Assembly: GCA_040954595.2 (NCBI GenBank)
Contig: CM082593.2
Span: 3,489,434-3,553,433, forward strand
Origin: Balanoglossus misakiensis
Lineage: Eukaryota > Animalia > Hemichordata
Length of the DNA stretch: 64,000 nt
Direction: 5' to 3'
In this document: positions 13,801-27,203 of the stretch, piece by piece
How the letters are laid out: each line of letters begins with the position of its first letter
Numbering within the stretch: position 1 is the stretch's first letter
The notes under the pieces: generated by a model
Told to the model about the DNA's origin: nothing
The model's database searches: none
Seen by the model: only the letters and a program-made list of their open reading frames with translations
Position numbers and translations under genes: made by a program

Positions 13801-16800
13801 AACCATGGGTTATAGCTCATGAAAATCATCCAGAAATGTCAATTTTTCGACTTCGCGAATTTTCAAAATTTGGTGGTTTTTCGACAAAAACCATGGGTTA
13901 TAGCCCATGAAAATCATCCAGAAATGTCAATTTTTCGACTTCGCGGATTTTCAAAATTTGGTGATTTTTCGATAAAAACCATGGGTTATAGCTCATGAAA
14001 ATCATCCAGAAATGTCAATTTTTCGACTTCGCGAATTTTCAAAATTTGGTGGTTTTTCGACAAAAACCATGGGTTATAGCCCATGAAAATCATCCAGAAA
14101 TGTCAATTTTTCGACTTCGCGAATTTTCAAAATTTGGTGTTTTTTCGACAAAAACCATGGGTTATAGCCCATGAAAATCATCCAGAAATGTCAATTTTTC
14201 GACTTCGCGAATTTTCAAAATTTGGTGGTTTTTCGACAAAAACCATGGGTTATAGCCCATGAAAATCATCCAGAAATGTCAATTTTTCGACTTCGCGGAT
14301 TTTCAAAATTTGGTGGTTTTTCGACAAAAACCATGGGTTATAGCCCATGAAAATCATCCAGAAATGTCAATTTTTTGACTTCGCGGATTTTCAAAATTTG
14401 GTGATTTTTTGATAAAAACCATGGGTTATAGCTCATGAAAATCATCCAGAAATGTCAATTTTTCGACTTCGCGGATTTTCAAAATTTGGTGATTTTTCGA
14501 CAAAAACCATGGGTTATAGCCCATGAAAACATCCAGAAATGTCAATTTTTCGACTTCGCGAATTTTCAAAATTTGGTGGTTTTTCGACAAAAACCATGGG
14601 TTATAGCCCATGAAAACATCCAGAAATGTCAATTTTTCGACTTCGCGAATTTTCAAAATTTGGTGGTTTTTCGACAAAAACCATGGGTTATAGCCCATGA
14701 AAATCATCCAGAAATATCAATTTTTCGACTTCGCGAATTTTCAAAATTTGGTGGTTTTTCGACAAAAACCATGGGTTATAGCCCATGAAAATCATCCAGA
14801 AATGTCAATTTTTCGACTTCGCGAATTTTCAAAATTTGGTGATTTTTTGATAAAAACCATGGGTTATAGTTCATGAAAATCATCCAGAAATGTCAATTTT
14901 TCGACTTCGCGAATTTTCAAAATTTGGTGGTTTTTCGACAAAAACCATGGGTTATAGCCCATGAAAATCATCCAGAAATGTCAATTTTTCGACTTCGCGA
15001 ATTTTCAAAATTTGGTGGTTTTTCGACAAAAACCATGGGTTATAGCCCATGAAAATCATCCAGAATTGTCAATTTTTTGACTTCGCGAATTTTCAAAATT
15101 TGGTGGTTTTTCGACAAAAACCATGGGTTATAGCCCATGAAAATCATCCAGAAATGTTAATTTTTCGACTTCGCGAATTTCAAAATTTGGTGGTTTTTCG
15201 ACAAAAACCATGGGTTATAGCCCATGAAAATCATCCAGAAATGTCAATTTTTCGACTTCGCGGATTTTCAAAATTTGGTGATTTTTTGATAAAAACCATG
15301 GGTTATAGCTCATGAAAATCATCCAGAAATGTCAATTTTACGACTTCGCGGATTTTCAAAATTTGGTGGTTTTTCGACAAAAACCATGGGTTATAGCCCA
15401 TGAAAATCATCCAGAAATGTCAATTTTTCGACTTCGCGAATTTTCAAAATTTGGTGGTTTTTCGACAAAAACCATGGGTTATAGCCCATGAAAATCATCC
15501 AGAAATGTCAATTTTTCGACTTCGCGAATTTTCAAAATTTGGTGGTTTTTCGACAAAAACCATGGGTTATAGCCCATGAAAATCATCCAGAAATGTCAAT
15601 TTTTCGACTTCGCGGATTTTCAAAATTTGGTGATTTTTTGACAAAAACCATGGGTTATAGCCCATGAAAACATCCAGAAATGTCAATTTTTCGACTTCGC
15701 GAATTTTCAAAATTTGGTGGTTTTTCGACAAAAACCATGGGTTATAGCCCATGAAAATCATCCAGAAATGTCAATTTTTCGACTTCGCGAATTTTCAAAA
15801 TTTGGTGGTTTTTCGACAAAAACCATGGGTTATAGCCCATGAAAATCATCCAGAAATGTCAATTTTTCGACTTCGCGAATTTTCAAAATTTGGTGGTTTT
15901 TCGACAAAAACCATGGGTTATAGCCCATGAAAATCATCCAGAAATGTCAATTTTTCGACTTCGCGAATTTTCAAAATTTGGTGGTTTTTCGACAAAAACC
16001 ATGGGTTATAGCCCATGAAAATCATCCAGAAATGTCAATTTTTCGACTTCGCGAATTTTCAAAATTTGGTGGTTTTTCGACAAAAACCATGGGTTATAGC
16101 CCATGAAAATCATCCAGAAATGTCAATTTTTCGACTTCGCGAATTTTCAAAATTTGGTGGTTTTTCGACAAAAACCATGGGTTATAGCCCATGAAAATCA
16201 TCCAGAAATGTCAATTTTTCGACTTCGCGGATTTTCAAAATTTGGTGGTTTTTCGACAAAAACCATGGGTTATAGCCCATGAAAATCATCCAGAAATGTC
16301 AATTTTTCGACTTCGCGGATTTTCAAAATTTGGTGGTTTTTCGACAAAAACCATGGGTTATAGCCCATGAAAATCATCCAGAAATGTCAATTTTTCGACT
16401 TCGCGGATTTTCAAAATTTGGTGATTTTTCGACAAAAACCATGGGTTATAGCCCATGAAAACATCCAGAAATGTCAATTTTACGACTTCGCGAATTTTCA
16501 AAATTTGGTGGTTTTTCGACAAAAACCATGGGTTATAGCCCATGAAAATCATCCAGAAATGTCAATTTTTCGACTTCGCGAATTTTCAAAATTTGGTGGT
16601 TTTTCGACAAAAACCATGGGTTATAGCCCATGAAAATCATCCAGAAATGTCAATTTTTCGACTTCGCGAATTTTCAAAATTTGGTGGTTTTTCGACAAAA
16701 ACCATGGGTTATAGCCCATGAAAATCATCCAGAAATGTCAATTTTTCGACTTCGCGAATTTTCAAAATTTGGTGGTTTTTCGACAAAAACCATGGGTTAT

Positions 16801-19800
16801 AGCCCATGAAAATCATCCAGAAATGTCAATTTTTCGACTTCGCGAATTTTCAAAATTTGGTGGTTTTTCGACAAAAACCATGGGTTATAGCCCATGAAAA
16901 TCATCCAGAAATGTCAATTTTTCGACTTCGCGAATTTTCAAAATTTGGTGGTTTTTCGACAAAAACCATGGGTTATAGCCCATGAAAATCATCCAGAAAT
17001 GTCAATTTTTCGACTTCGCGAATTTTCAAAATTTGGTGGTTTTTCGACAAAAACCATGGGTTATAGCCCATGAAAATCATCCAGAAATGTCAATTTTTCG
17101 ACTTCGCGAATTTTCAAAATTTGGTGGTTTTTCGACAAAAACCATGGGTTATAGCCCATGAAAATCATCCAGAAATGTCAATTTTTCGACTTCGCGAATT
17201 TTCAAAATTTGGTGGTTTTTCGACAAAAACCATGGGTTATAGCCCATGAAAATCATCCAGAAATGTCAATTTTTCGACTTCGCGAATTTTCAAAATTTGG
17301 TGGTTTTTCGACAAAAACCATGGGTTATAGCCCATGAAAATCATCCAGAAATGTCAATTTTTCGACTTCGCGAATTTTCAAAATTTGGTGGTTTTTCGAC
17401 AAAAACCATGGGTTATAGCCCATGAAAATCATCCAGAAATGTCAATTTTTCGACTTCGCGAATTTTCAAAATTTGGTGGTTTTTCGACAAAAACCATGGG
17501 TTATAGCCCATGAAAATCATCCAGAAATGTCAATTTTTCGACTTCGCGAATTTTCAAAATTTGGTGGTTTTTCGACAAAAACCATGGGTTATAGCTCATG
17601 AAAATCATCCAGAAATGTCAATTTTTCGACTTCGCGAATTTTCAAAATTTGGTGGTTTTTCGACAAAAACCATGGGTTATAGCTCATGAAAATCATCCAG
17701 AAATGTCAATTTTTCGACTTCGCGAATTTTCAAAATTTGGTGATTTTTCGACAAAAACTATGGGTTATAGCCCATGAAAATCATCCAGAAATGTCAATTT
17801 TTCGACTTCGCGGATTTTCAAAATTTGGTGGTTTTTTGATAAAAACCATGGGTTATAGCTCATGAAAATCATCCAGAAATGTCAATTTTTCGACTTCGCG
17901 AATTTTCAAAATTTGGTGGTTTTTCGACAAAAACCATGGGTTATAGCCCATGAAAATCATCCAGAAATGTCAATTTTTCGACTTCGCGAATTTTCAAAAT
18001 TTGGTGGTTTTTCGACAAAAACCATGGGTTATAGCCCATGAAAATCATCCAGAAATGTCAATTTTTCGACTTCGCGGATTTTCAAAATTTGGTGGTTTTT
18101 CGACAAAAACCATGGGTTATAGCCCATGAAAATCATCCAGAAATGTCAATTTTTCGACTTCGCGAATTTTCAAAATTTGGTGGTTTTTCGACAAAAACCA
18201 TGGGTTATAGCCCATGAAAATCATCCAGAAATGTCAATTTTTCGACTTCGCGAATTTTCAAAATTTGGTGGTTTTTCGACAAAAACCATGGGTTATAGCC
18301 CATGAAAATCATCCAGAAATGTCAATTTTTCGACTTCGCGAATTTTCAAAATTTGGTGGTTTTTCGACAAAAACCATGGGTTATAGCCCATGAAAATCAT
18401 CCAGAAATGTCAATTTTTCGACTTCGCGAATTTTCAAAATTTGGTGGTTTTTCGACAAAAACCATGGGTTATAGCCCATGAAAATCATCCAGAAATGTCA
18501 ATTTTTCGACTTCGCGAATTTTCAAAATTTGGTGGTTTTTCGACAAAAACCATGGGTTATAGCTCATGAAAATCATCCAGAAATGTCAATTTTTCGACTT
18601 CGCGAATTTTCAAAATTTGGTGGTTTTTCGACAAAAACCATGGGTTATAGCCCATGAAAATCATCCAGAAATGTCAATTTTTCGACTTCGCGAATTTTCA
18701 AAATTTGGTGGTTTTTCGACAAAAACCATGGGTTATAGCCCATGAAAATCATCCAGAAATGTCAATTTTTCGACTTCGCGAATTTTCAAAATTTGGTGGT
18801 TTTTCGACAAAAACCATGGGTTATAGCCCATGAAAATCATCCAGAAATGTCAATTTTTCGACTTCGCGAATTTTCAAAATTTGGTGGTTTTTCGACAAAA
18901 ACCATGGGTTATAGCCCATGAAAATCATCCAGAAATGTCAATTTTTCGACTTCGCGAATTTTCAAAATTTGGTGGTTTTTCGACAAAAACCATGGGTTAT
19001 AGCCCATGAAAATCATCCAGAAATGTCAATTTTTCGACTTCGCGAATTTTCAAAATTTGGTGGTTTTTCGACAAAAACCATGGGTTATAGCCCATGAAAA
19101 TCATCCAGAAATGTCAATTTTTCGACTTCGCGAATTTTCAAAATTTGGTGGTTTTTCGACAAAAACCATGGGTTATAGCCCATGAAAATCATCCAGAAAT
19201 GTCAATTTTTCGACTTCGCGAATTTTCAAAATTTGGTGGTTTTTCGACAAAAACCATGGGTTATAGCCCATGAAAATCATCCAGAAATGTCAATTTTTCG
19301 ACTTCGCGGATTTTCAAAATTTGGTGGTTTTTCGACAAAAACCATGGGTTATAGCCCATGAAAATCATCCAGAAATGTCAATTTTTCGACTTCGCGAATT
19401 TTCAAAATTTGGTGGTTTTTCGACAAAAACCATGGGTTATAGCCCATGAAAATCATCCAGAAATGTCAATTTTTCGACTTCGCGAATTTTCAAAATTTGG
19501 TGGTTTTTCGACAAAAACCATGGGTTATAGCTCATGAAAATCATCCAGAAATGTCAATTTTTCGACTTCGCGAATTTTCAAAATTTGGTGGTTTTTCGAC
19601 AAAAACCATGGGTTATAGCCCATGAAAATCATCCAGAAATGTCAATTTTTCGACTTCGCGGATTTTCAAAATTTGGTGGTTTTTCGACAAAAACCATGGG
19701 TTATAGCCCATGAAAATCATCCAGAAATGTCAATTTTTCGACTTCGCGAATTTTCAAAATTTGGTGGTTTTTCGACAAAAACCATGGGTTATAGCCCATG

Positions 19801-22800
19801 AAAATCATCCAGAAATGTCAATTTTTCGACTTCGCGAATTTTCAAAATTTGGTGGTTTTTCGACAAAAACCATGGGTTATAGCCCATGAAAATCATCCAG
19901 AAATGTCAATTTTTCGACTTCGCGGATTTTCAAAATTTGGTGGTTTTTCGACAAAAACCATGGGTTATAGCCCATGAAAATCATCCAGAAATGTCAATTT
20001 TTCGACTTCGCGGATTTTCAAAATTTGGTGATTTTTCGACAAAAACCATGGGTTATAGCCCATGAAAATCATCCAGAAATGTCAATTTTTCGACTTCGCG
20101 AATTTTCAAAATTTGGTGGTTTTTCGACAAAAACCATGGGTTATAGCCCATGAAAATCATCCAGAAATGTCAATTTTTCGACTTCGCGAATTTTCAAAAT
20201 TTGGTGGTTTTTCGACAAAAACCATGGGTTATAGCCCATGAAAATCATCCAGAAATGTCAATTTTTCGACTTCGCGAATTTTCAAAATTTGGTGGTTTTT
20301 CGACAAAAACCATGGGTTATAGCCCATGAAAATCATCCAGAAATGTCAATTTTTCGACTTCGCGAATTTTCAAAATTTGGTGGTTTTTCGACAAAAACCA
20401 TGGGTTATAGCCCATGAAAATCATCCAGAAATGTCAATTTTTCGACTTCGCGAATTTTCAAAATTTGGTGGTTTTTCGACAAAAACCATGGGTTATAGCC
20501 CATGAAAATCATCCAGAAATGTCAATTTTTCGACTTCGCGAATTTTCAAAATTTGGTGGTTTTTCGACAAAAACCATGGGTTATAGCCCATGAAAATCAT
20601 CCAGAAATGTCAATTTTTCGACTTCGCGAATTTTCAAAATTTGGTGGTTTTTCGACAAAAACCATGGGTTATAGCCCATGAAAATCATCCAGAAATGTCA
20701 ATTTTTCGACTTCGCGAATTTTCAAAATTTGGTGGTTTTTCGACAAAAACCATGGGTTATAGCCCATGAAAATCATCCAGAAATGTCAATTTTTCGACTT
20801 CGCGAATTTTCAAAATTTGGTGGTTTTTCGACAAAAACCATGGGTTATAGCCCATGAAAATCATCCAGAAATGTCAATTTTTCGACTTCGCGGATTTTCA
20901 AAATTTGGTGGTTTTTCGACAAAAACCATGGGTTATAGCCCATGAAAATCATCCAGAAATGTCAATTTTTCGACTTCGCAAATTTTCAAAATTTGGTGGT
21001 TTTTCGACAAAAACCATGGGTTATAGCCCATGAAAATCATCCAGAAATGTCAATTTTTCGACTTCGCGAATTTTCAAAATTTGGTGGTTTTTCGACAAAA
21101 ACCATGGGTTATAGCTCATGAAAATCATCCAGAAATGTCAATTTTTCGACTTCGCGGATTTTCAAAATTTGGTGGTTTTTCGACAAAAACCATGGGTTAT
21201 AGCCCATGAAAATCATCCAGAAATGTCAATTTTTCGACTTCGCGGATTTTCAAAATTTGGTGGTTTTTCGACAAAAACCATGGGTTATAGCCCATGAAAA
21301 TCATCCAGAAATGTCAATTTTTCGACTTCGCGAATTTTCAAAATTTGGTGGTTTTTCGACAAAAACCATGGGTTATAGCCCATGAAAATCATCCAGAAAT
21401 GTCAATTTTTCGACTTCGCGAATTTTCAAAATTTGGTGGTTTTTCGACAAAAACCATGGGTTATAGCCCATGAAAATCATCCAGAAATGTCAATTTTTCG
21501 ACTTCGCGAATTTTCAAAATTTGGTGGTTTTTCGACAAAAACCATGGGTTATAGCCCATGAAAATCATCCAGAAATGTCAATTTTTCGACTTCGCGAATT
21601 TTCAAAATTTGGTGGTTTTTCGACAAAAACCATGGGTTATAGCCCATGAAAATCATCCAGAAATGTCAATTTTTCGACTTCGCGAATTTTCAAAATTTGG
21701 TGGTTTTTCGACAAAAACCATGGGTTATAGCTCATGAAAATCATCCAGAAATGTCAATTTTTCGACTTCGCGAATTTTCAAAATTTGGTGGTTTTTCGAC
21801 AAAAACCATGGGTTATAGCCCATGAAAATCATCCAGAAATGTCAACTTTTCGACTTCGCGGATTTTCAAAATTTGGTGATTTTTTGATAAAAACCATGGG
21901 TTATAGCTCATGAAAATCATCCAGAAATGTCAATTTTTCGACTTCGCGAATTTTCAAAATTTGGTGGTTTTTCGACAAAAACCATGGGTTATAGCCCATG
22001 AAAATCATCCAGAAATGTCAATTTTTCGACTTCGCGAATTTTCAAAATTTGGTCGTTTTTCGACAAAAACCATGGGTTATAGCCCATGAAAATCATCCAG
22101 AAATGTCAATTTTTCGACTTCGCGAATTTTCAAAATTTGGTGATTTTTTGATAAAAACCATGGGTTATAGCTCATGAAAATCATCCAGAAATGTCAATTT
22201 TTCGACTTCGCGAATTTTCAAAATTTGGTGGTTTTTCGACAAAAACCATGGGTTATAGCCCATGAAAATCATCCAGAAATGTCAATTTTTCGACTTCGCG
22301 AATTTTCAAAATTTGGTGGTTTTTCGACAAAAACCATGGGTTATAGCCCATGAAAATCATCCAGAAATGTCAATTTTTCGACTTCGCGAATTTTCAAAAT
22401 TTGGTGGTTTTTCGACAAAAACCATGGGTTATAGCCCATGAAAATCATCCAGAAATGTCAATTTTTCGACTTCGCGAATTTTCAAAATTTGGTGGTTTTT
22501 CGACAAAAACCATGGGTTATAGCCCATGAAAATCATCCAGAAATGTCAATTTTTCGACTTCGCGGATTTTCAAAATTTGGTGGTTTTTCGACAAAAACCA
22601 TGGGTTATAGCCCATGAAAATCATCCAGAAATGTCAATTTTTCGACTTCGCGAATTTTCAAAATTTGGTGGTTTTTCGACAAAAACCATGGGTTATAGCC
22701 CATGAAAATCATCCAGAAATGTCAATTTTTCGACTTCGCGAATTTTCAAAATTTGGTGGTTTTTCGACAAAAACCATGGGTTATAGCCCATGAAAATCAT

Positions 22801-25800
22801 CCAGAAATGTCAATTTTTCGACTTCGCGAATTTTCAAAATTTGGTGGTTTTTCGACAAAAACCATGGGTTATAGCCCATGAAAATCATCCAGAAATGTCA
22901 ATTTTTCGACTTCGCGAATTTTCAAAATTTGGTGGTTTTTCGACAAAAACCATGGGTTATAGCCCATGAAAATCATCCAGAAATGTCAATTTTTCGACTT
23001 CGCGAATTTTCAAAATTTGGTGGTTTTTCGACAAAAACCATGGGTTATAGCTCATGAAAATCATCCAGAAATGTCAATTTTTCGACTTCGCGAATTTTCA
23101 AAATTTGGTGGTTTTTCGACAAAAACCATGGGTTATAGCCCATGAAAATCATCCAGAAATGTCAATTTTTCGACTTCGCGGATTTTCAAAATTTGGTGAT
23201 TTTTTGATAAAAACCATGGGTTATAGCTCATGAAAATCATCCAGAAATGTCAATTTTTCGACTTCGCGGATTTTCAAAATTTGGTGGTTTTTCGACAAAA
23301 ACCATGGGTTATAGCCCATGAAAATCATCCAGAAATGTCAATTTTTCGACTTCGCGGATTTTCAAAATTTGGTGGTTTTTCGACAAAAACCATGGGTTAT
23401 AGCCCATGAAAATCATCCAGAAATGTCAATTTTTCGACTTCGCGAATTTTCAAAATTTGGTGATTTTTTGATAAAAACCATGGGTTATAGCTCATGAAAA
23501 TCATCCAGAAATGTCAATTTTTCGACTTCGCGAATTTTCAAAATTTGGTGGTTTTTCGACAAAAACCATGGGTTATAGCCCATGAAAATCATCCAGAAAT
23601 GTCAATTTTTCGACTTCGCGAATTTTCAAAATTTGGTGGTTTTTCGACAAAAACCATGGGTTATAGCCCATGAAAATCATCCAGAAATGTCAATTTTTCG
23701 ACTTCGCGAATTTTCAAAATTTGGTGGTTTTTCGACAAAAACCATGGGTTATAGCCCATGAAAATCATCCAGAAATGTCAATTTTTCGACTTCGCGAATT
23801 TTCAAAATTTGGTGGTTTTTCGACAAAAACCATGGGTTATAGCCCATGAAAATCATCCAGAAATGTCAATTTTTCGACTTCGCAAATTTTCAAAATTTGG
23901 TGGTTTTTCGACAAAAACCACGGGTTATAGCCCATGAAAATCATCCAGAAATGTCAATTTTTCGACTTCGCGAATTTTCAAAATTTGGTGGTTTTTCGAC
24001 AAAAACCATGGGTTATAGCCCATGAAAATCATCCAGAAATGTCAATTTTTCGACTTCGCGGATTTTCAAAATTTGGTGGTTTTTCGACAAAAACCATGGG
24101 TTATAGCTCATGAAAATCATCCAGAAATGTCAATTTTTCGACTTCGCGAATTTTCAAAATTTGGTGGTTTTTCGACAAAAACCATGGGTTATAGCCCATG
24201 AAAATCATCCAGAAATGTCAATTTTTCGACTTCGCGAATTTTCAAAATTTGGTGGTTTTTCGACAAAAACCATGGGTTATAGCTCATGAAAATCATCCAG
24301 AAATGTCAATTTTTCGACTTCGCGAATTTTCAAAATTTGGTGGTTTTTCGACAAAAACCATGGGTTATAGCCCATGAAAATCATCCAGAAATGTCAATTT
24401 TTCGACTTCGCGGATTTTCAAAATTTGGTGATTTTTTGATAAAAACCATGGGTTATAGCTCATGAAAATCATCCAGAAATGTCAATTTTTCGACTTCGCG
24501 GATTTTCAAAATTTGGTGATTTTTTGATAAACCATGGGTTATAGCTAATGAAAATCATCCAGAAATGTCAATTTTACGACTTCGCGAATTTTCAAAATTT
24601 GGTGGTTTTTCGACAAAATCCATGGGTTATAGCCCATGAAAATCATCCAGAAATGTCAATTTTTCGACTTCGCGAATTTTCAAAATTTGGTGGTTTTTCG
24701 ACAAAAACCATGGGTTATAGCTCATGAAAATCATCCAGAAATGTCAATTTTTCGACTTCGCGAATTTTCAAAATTTGGTGGTTTTTCGACAAAAACCATG
24801 GGTTATAGCCCATGAAAATCATCCAGAAATGTCAATTTTTCGACTTCGCGGATTTTCAAAATTTGGTGATTTTTTGATAAAAACCATGGGTTATAGCTCA
24901 TGAAAATCATCCAGAAATGTCAATTTTTCGACTTCGCGAATTTTCAAAATTTGGTGGTTTTTCGACAAAAACCATGGGTTATAGCCCATGAAAATCATCC
25001 AGAAATGTCAATTTTTCGACTTCGCGAATTTTCAAAATTTGGTGGTTTTTCGACAAAAACCATGGGTTATAGCCCATGAAAATCATCCAGAAATGTCAAT
25101 TTTTCGACTTTGCGAATTTTCAAAATTTGGTGGTTTTTCGACAAAAACCATGGGTTATAGCCCATGAAAATCATCCAGAAATGTCAATTTTTCGACTTCG
25201 CGAATTTTCAAAATTTGGTGGTTTTTCGACAAAAACCATGGGTTATAGCCCATGAAAATCATCCAGAAATGTCAATTTTTCGACTTCGCGAATTTTCAAA
25301 ATTTGGTGGTTTTTCGACAAAAACCATGGGTTATAGCCCATGAAAATCATCCAGAAATGTCAATTTTTCGACTTCGCGAATTTTCAAAATTTGGTGGTTT
25401 TTCGACAAAAACCATGGGTTATAGCCCATGAAAATCATCCAGAAATGTCAATTTTTCGACTTCGCGAATTTTCAAAATTTGGTGGTTTTTCGACAAAAAC
25501 CATGGGTTATAGCCCATGAAAATCATCCAGAAATGTCAATTTTTCGACTTCGCGAATTTTCAAAATTTGGTGGTTTTTCGACAAAAACCATGGGTTATAG
25601 CCCATGAAAATCATCCAGAAATGTCAATTTTTCGACTTCGCGAATTTTCACAATTTGGTGGTTTTTCTACAAAAACCATGGGTTATAGCCCATGAAAATC
25701 ATCCAGAAATGTCAATTTTTCGACTTCGCGGATTTTCAAAATTTGGTGATTTTTTGATAAAAACCATGGGTTATAGCTCATGAAAATCATCCAGAAATGT

Positions 25801-27047
25801 CAATTTTTCGACTTCGCGGATTTTCAAAATTTGGTGATTTTTCGACAAAAACCATGGGTTATAGCCCATGAAAACATCCAGAAATGTCAATTTTTCGACT
25901 TCGCGAATTTTCAAAATTTGGTGGTTTTTCGACAAAAACCATGGGTTATAGCCCATGAAAATCATCCAGAAATGTCAATTTTTCGACTTCGCGAATTTTC
26001 AAAATTTGGTGGTTTTTCGACAAAAACCATGGGTTATAGCCCATGAAAATCATCCAGAAATGTCAATTTTTCGACTTCGCGAATTTTCAAAATTTGGTGG
26101 TTTTTCGACAAAAACCATGGGTTATAGCCCATGAAAATCATCCAGAAATGTCAATTTTTCGACTTCGCGAATTTTCAAAATTTGGTGGTTTTTCGACAAA
26201 AACCATGGGTTATAGCTCATGAAAATCATCCAGAAATGTCAATTTTTCGACTTCGCGAATTTTCAAAATTTGGTGGTTTTTCGACAAAAACCATGGGTTA
26301 TAGCCCATGAAAATCATCCAGAAATGTCAATTTTTCGACTTCGCGGATTTTCAAAATTTGGTGATTTTTTGATAAAAACCATGGGTTATAGCTCATGAAA
26401 ATCATCCAGAAATGTCAATTTTTCGACTTCGCGGATTTTCAAAATTTGGTGATTTTTTGATAAAAACCATGGGTTATAGCTCATGAAAATCATCCAGAAA
26501 TGTCAATTTTACGACTTCGCGGATTTTCAAAATTTGGTGGTTTTTCGTCAAAAACCATGGGTTATAGCCCATGAAAATCATCCAGAAATGTCAATTTTTC
26601 GACTTCGCGGATTTTCAAAATTTGGTGATTTTTTGATAAAAACCATGGGTTATAGCTCATGAAAATCATCCAGAAATGTCAATTTTACGACTTCGCGGAT
26701 TTTCAAAATTTGGTGGTTTTTCGACAAAAACCATGGGTTATAGCCCATGAAAATCATCCAGAAATGTCAATTTTTCGACTTCGCGAATTTTCAAAATTTG
26801 GTGGTTTTTCGACAAAAACCATGGGTTATAGCCCATGAAAATCATCCAGAAATGGCAATTTTTCGACTTTGCGGATTTTCAAAATTTGGTGATTTTTTGA
26901 CAAAAACCATGGGTCATAGCTCATGAAAATCATCCAGGAATGTCAATTTTTCGACTTCGCGGATTTTCAAAATTTGGTGATTTTTTGACAAAAACCATGG
27001 GCCATAGTTCATGAAAATCATCCAGGAATGTTAATTTTTCGACTCAG
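4805..27047 (-). repeat. 88-bp satellite tandem array, right arm (reverse-complement orientation), about 253 monomers
   Basis: Same monomer reverse-complemented (...CCATGGGTTATAGCCCATGAAAATCATCCAGAAATGTCAATTTTTCGACTTCGCGAATTTTCAAAATTTGGTGGTTTTTCGAC...). Very homogeneous from about 16.6 to 21 kb; the last 2-3 monomers (26850-27047) are diverged. Confidence 0.98.
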
Positions 27048-27203
27048 CAAGATCGTGGTTCTCAGGCCCAAAAAATGTCCCTCACCACTACGCTCAGCAA
27101 GAGCGAATTTCGGTCACTTTGTCGTTTCTTCGGCCAAAATATGAGTAAATGTTTAAAAATTGATTTTCGAGTGGCATACTCTTTTATTGTTGGGATATCA
27201 TAC

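Noticed and set aside
4670-26046. Short repetitive ORFs in the ORF track (MKIIQKCQFFDF..., MIFMGYNPWF...)
   Set aside because: These are by-products of 1-bp indels or the inversion in an 88-bp repeat (not a multiple of 3); there is no coding signature.
1-27047. CRISPR-like array (regular repeats with internal palindromes)
   Set aside because: There are no unique spacers: the whole 88-bp unit repeats. No cas genes are present and the context is eukaryotic.
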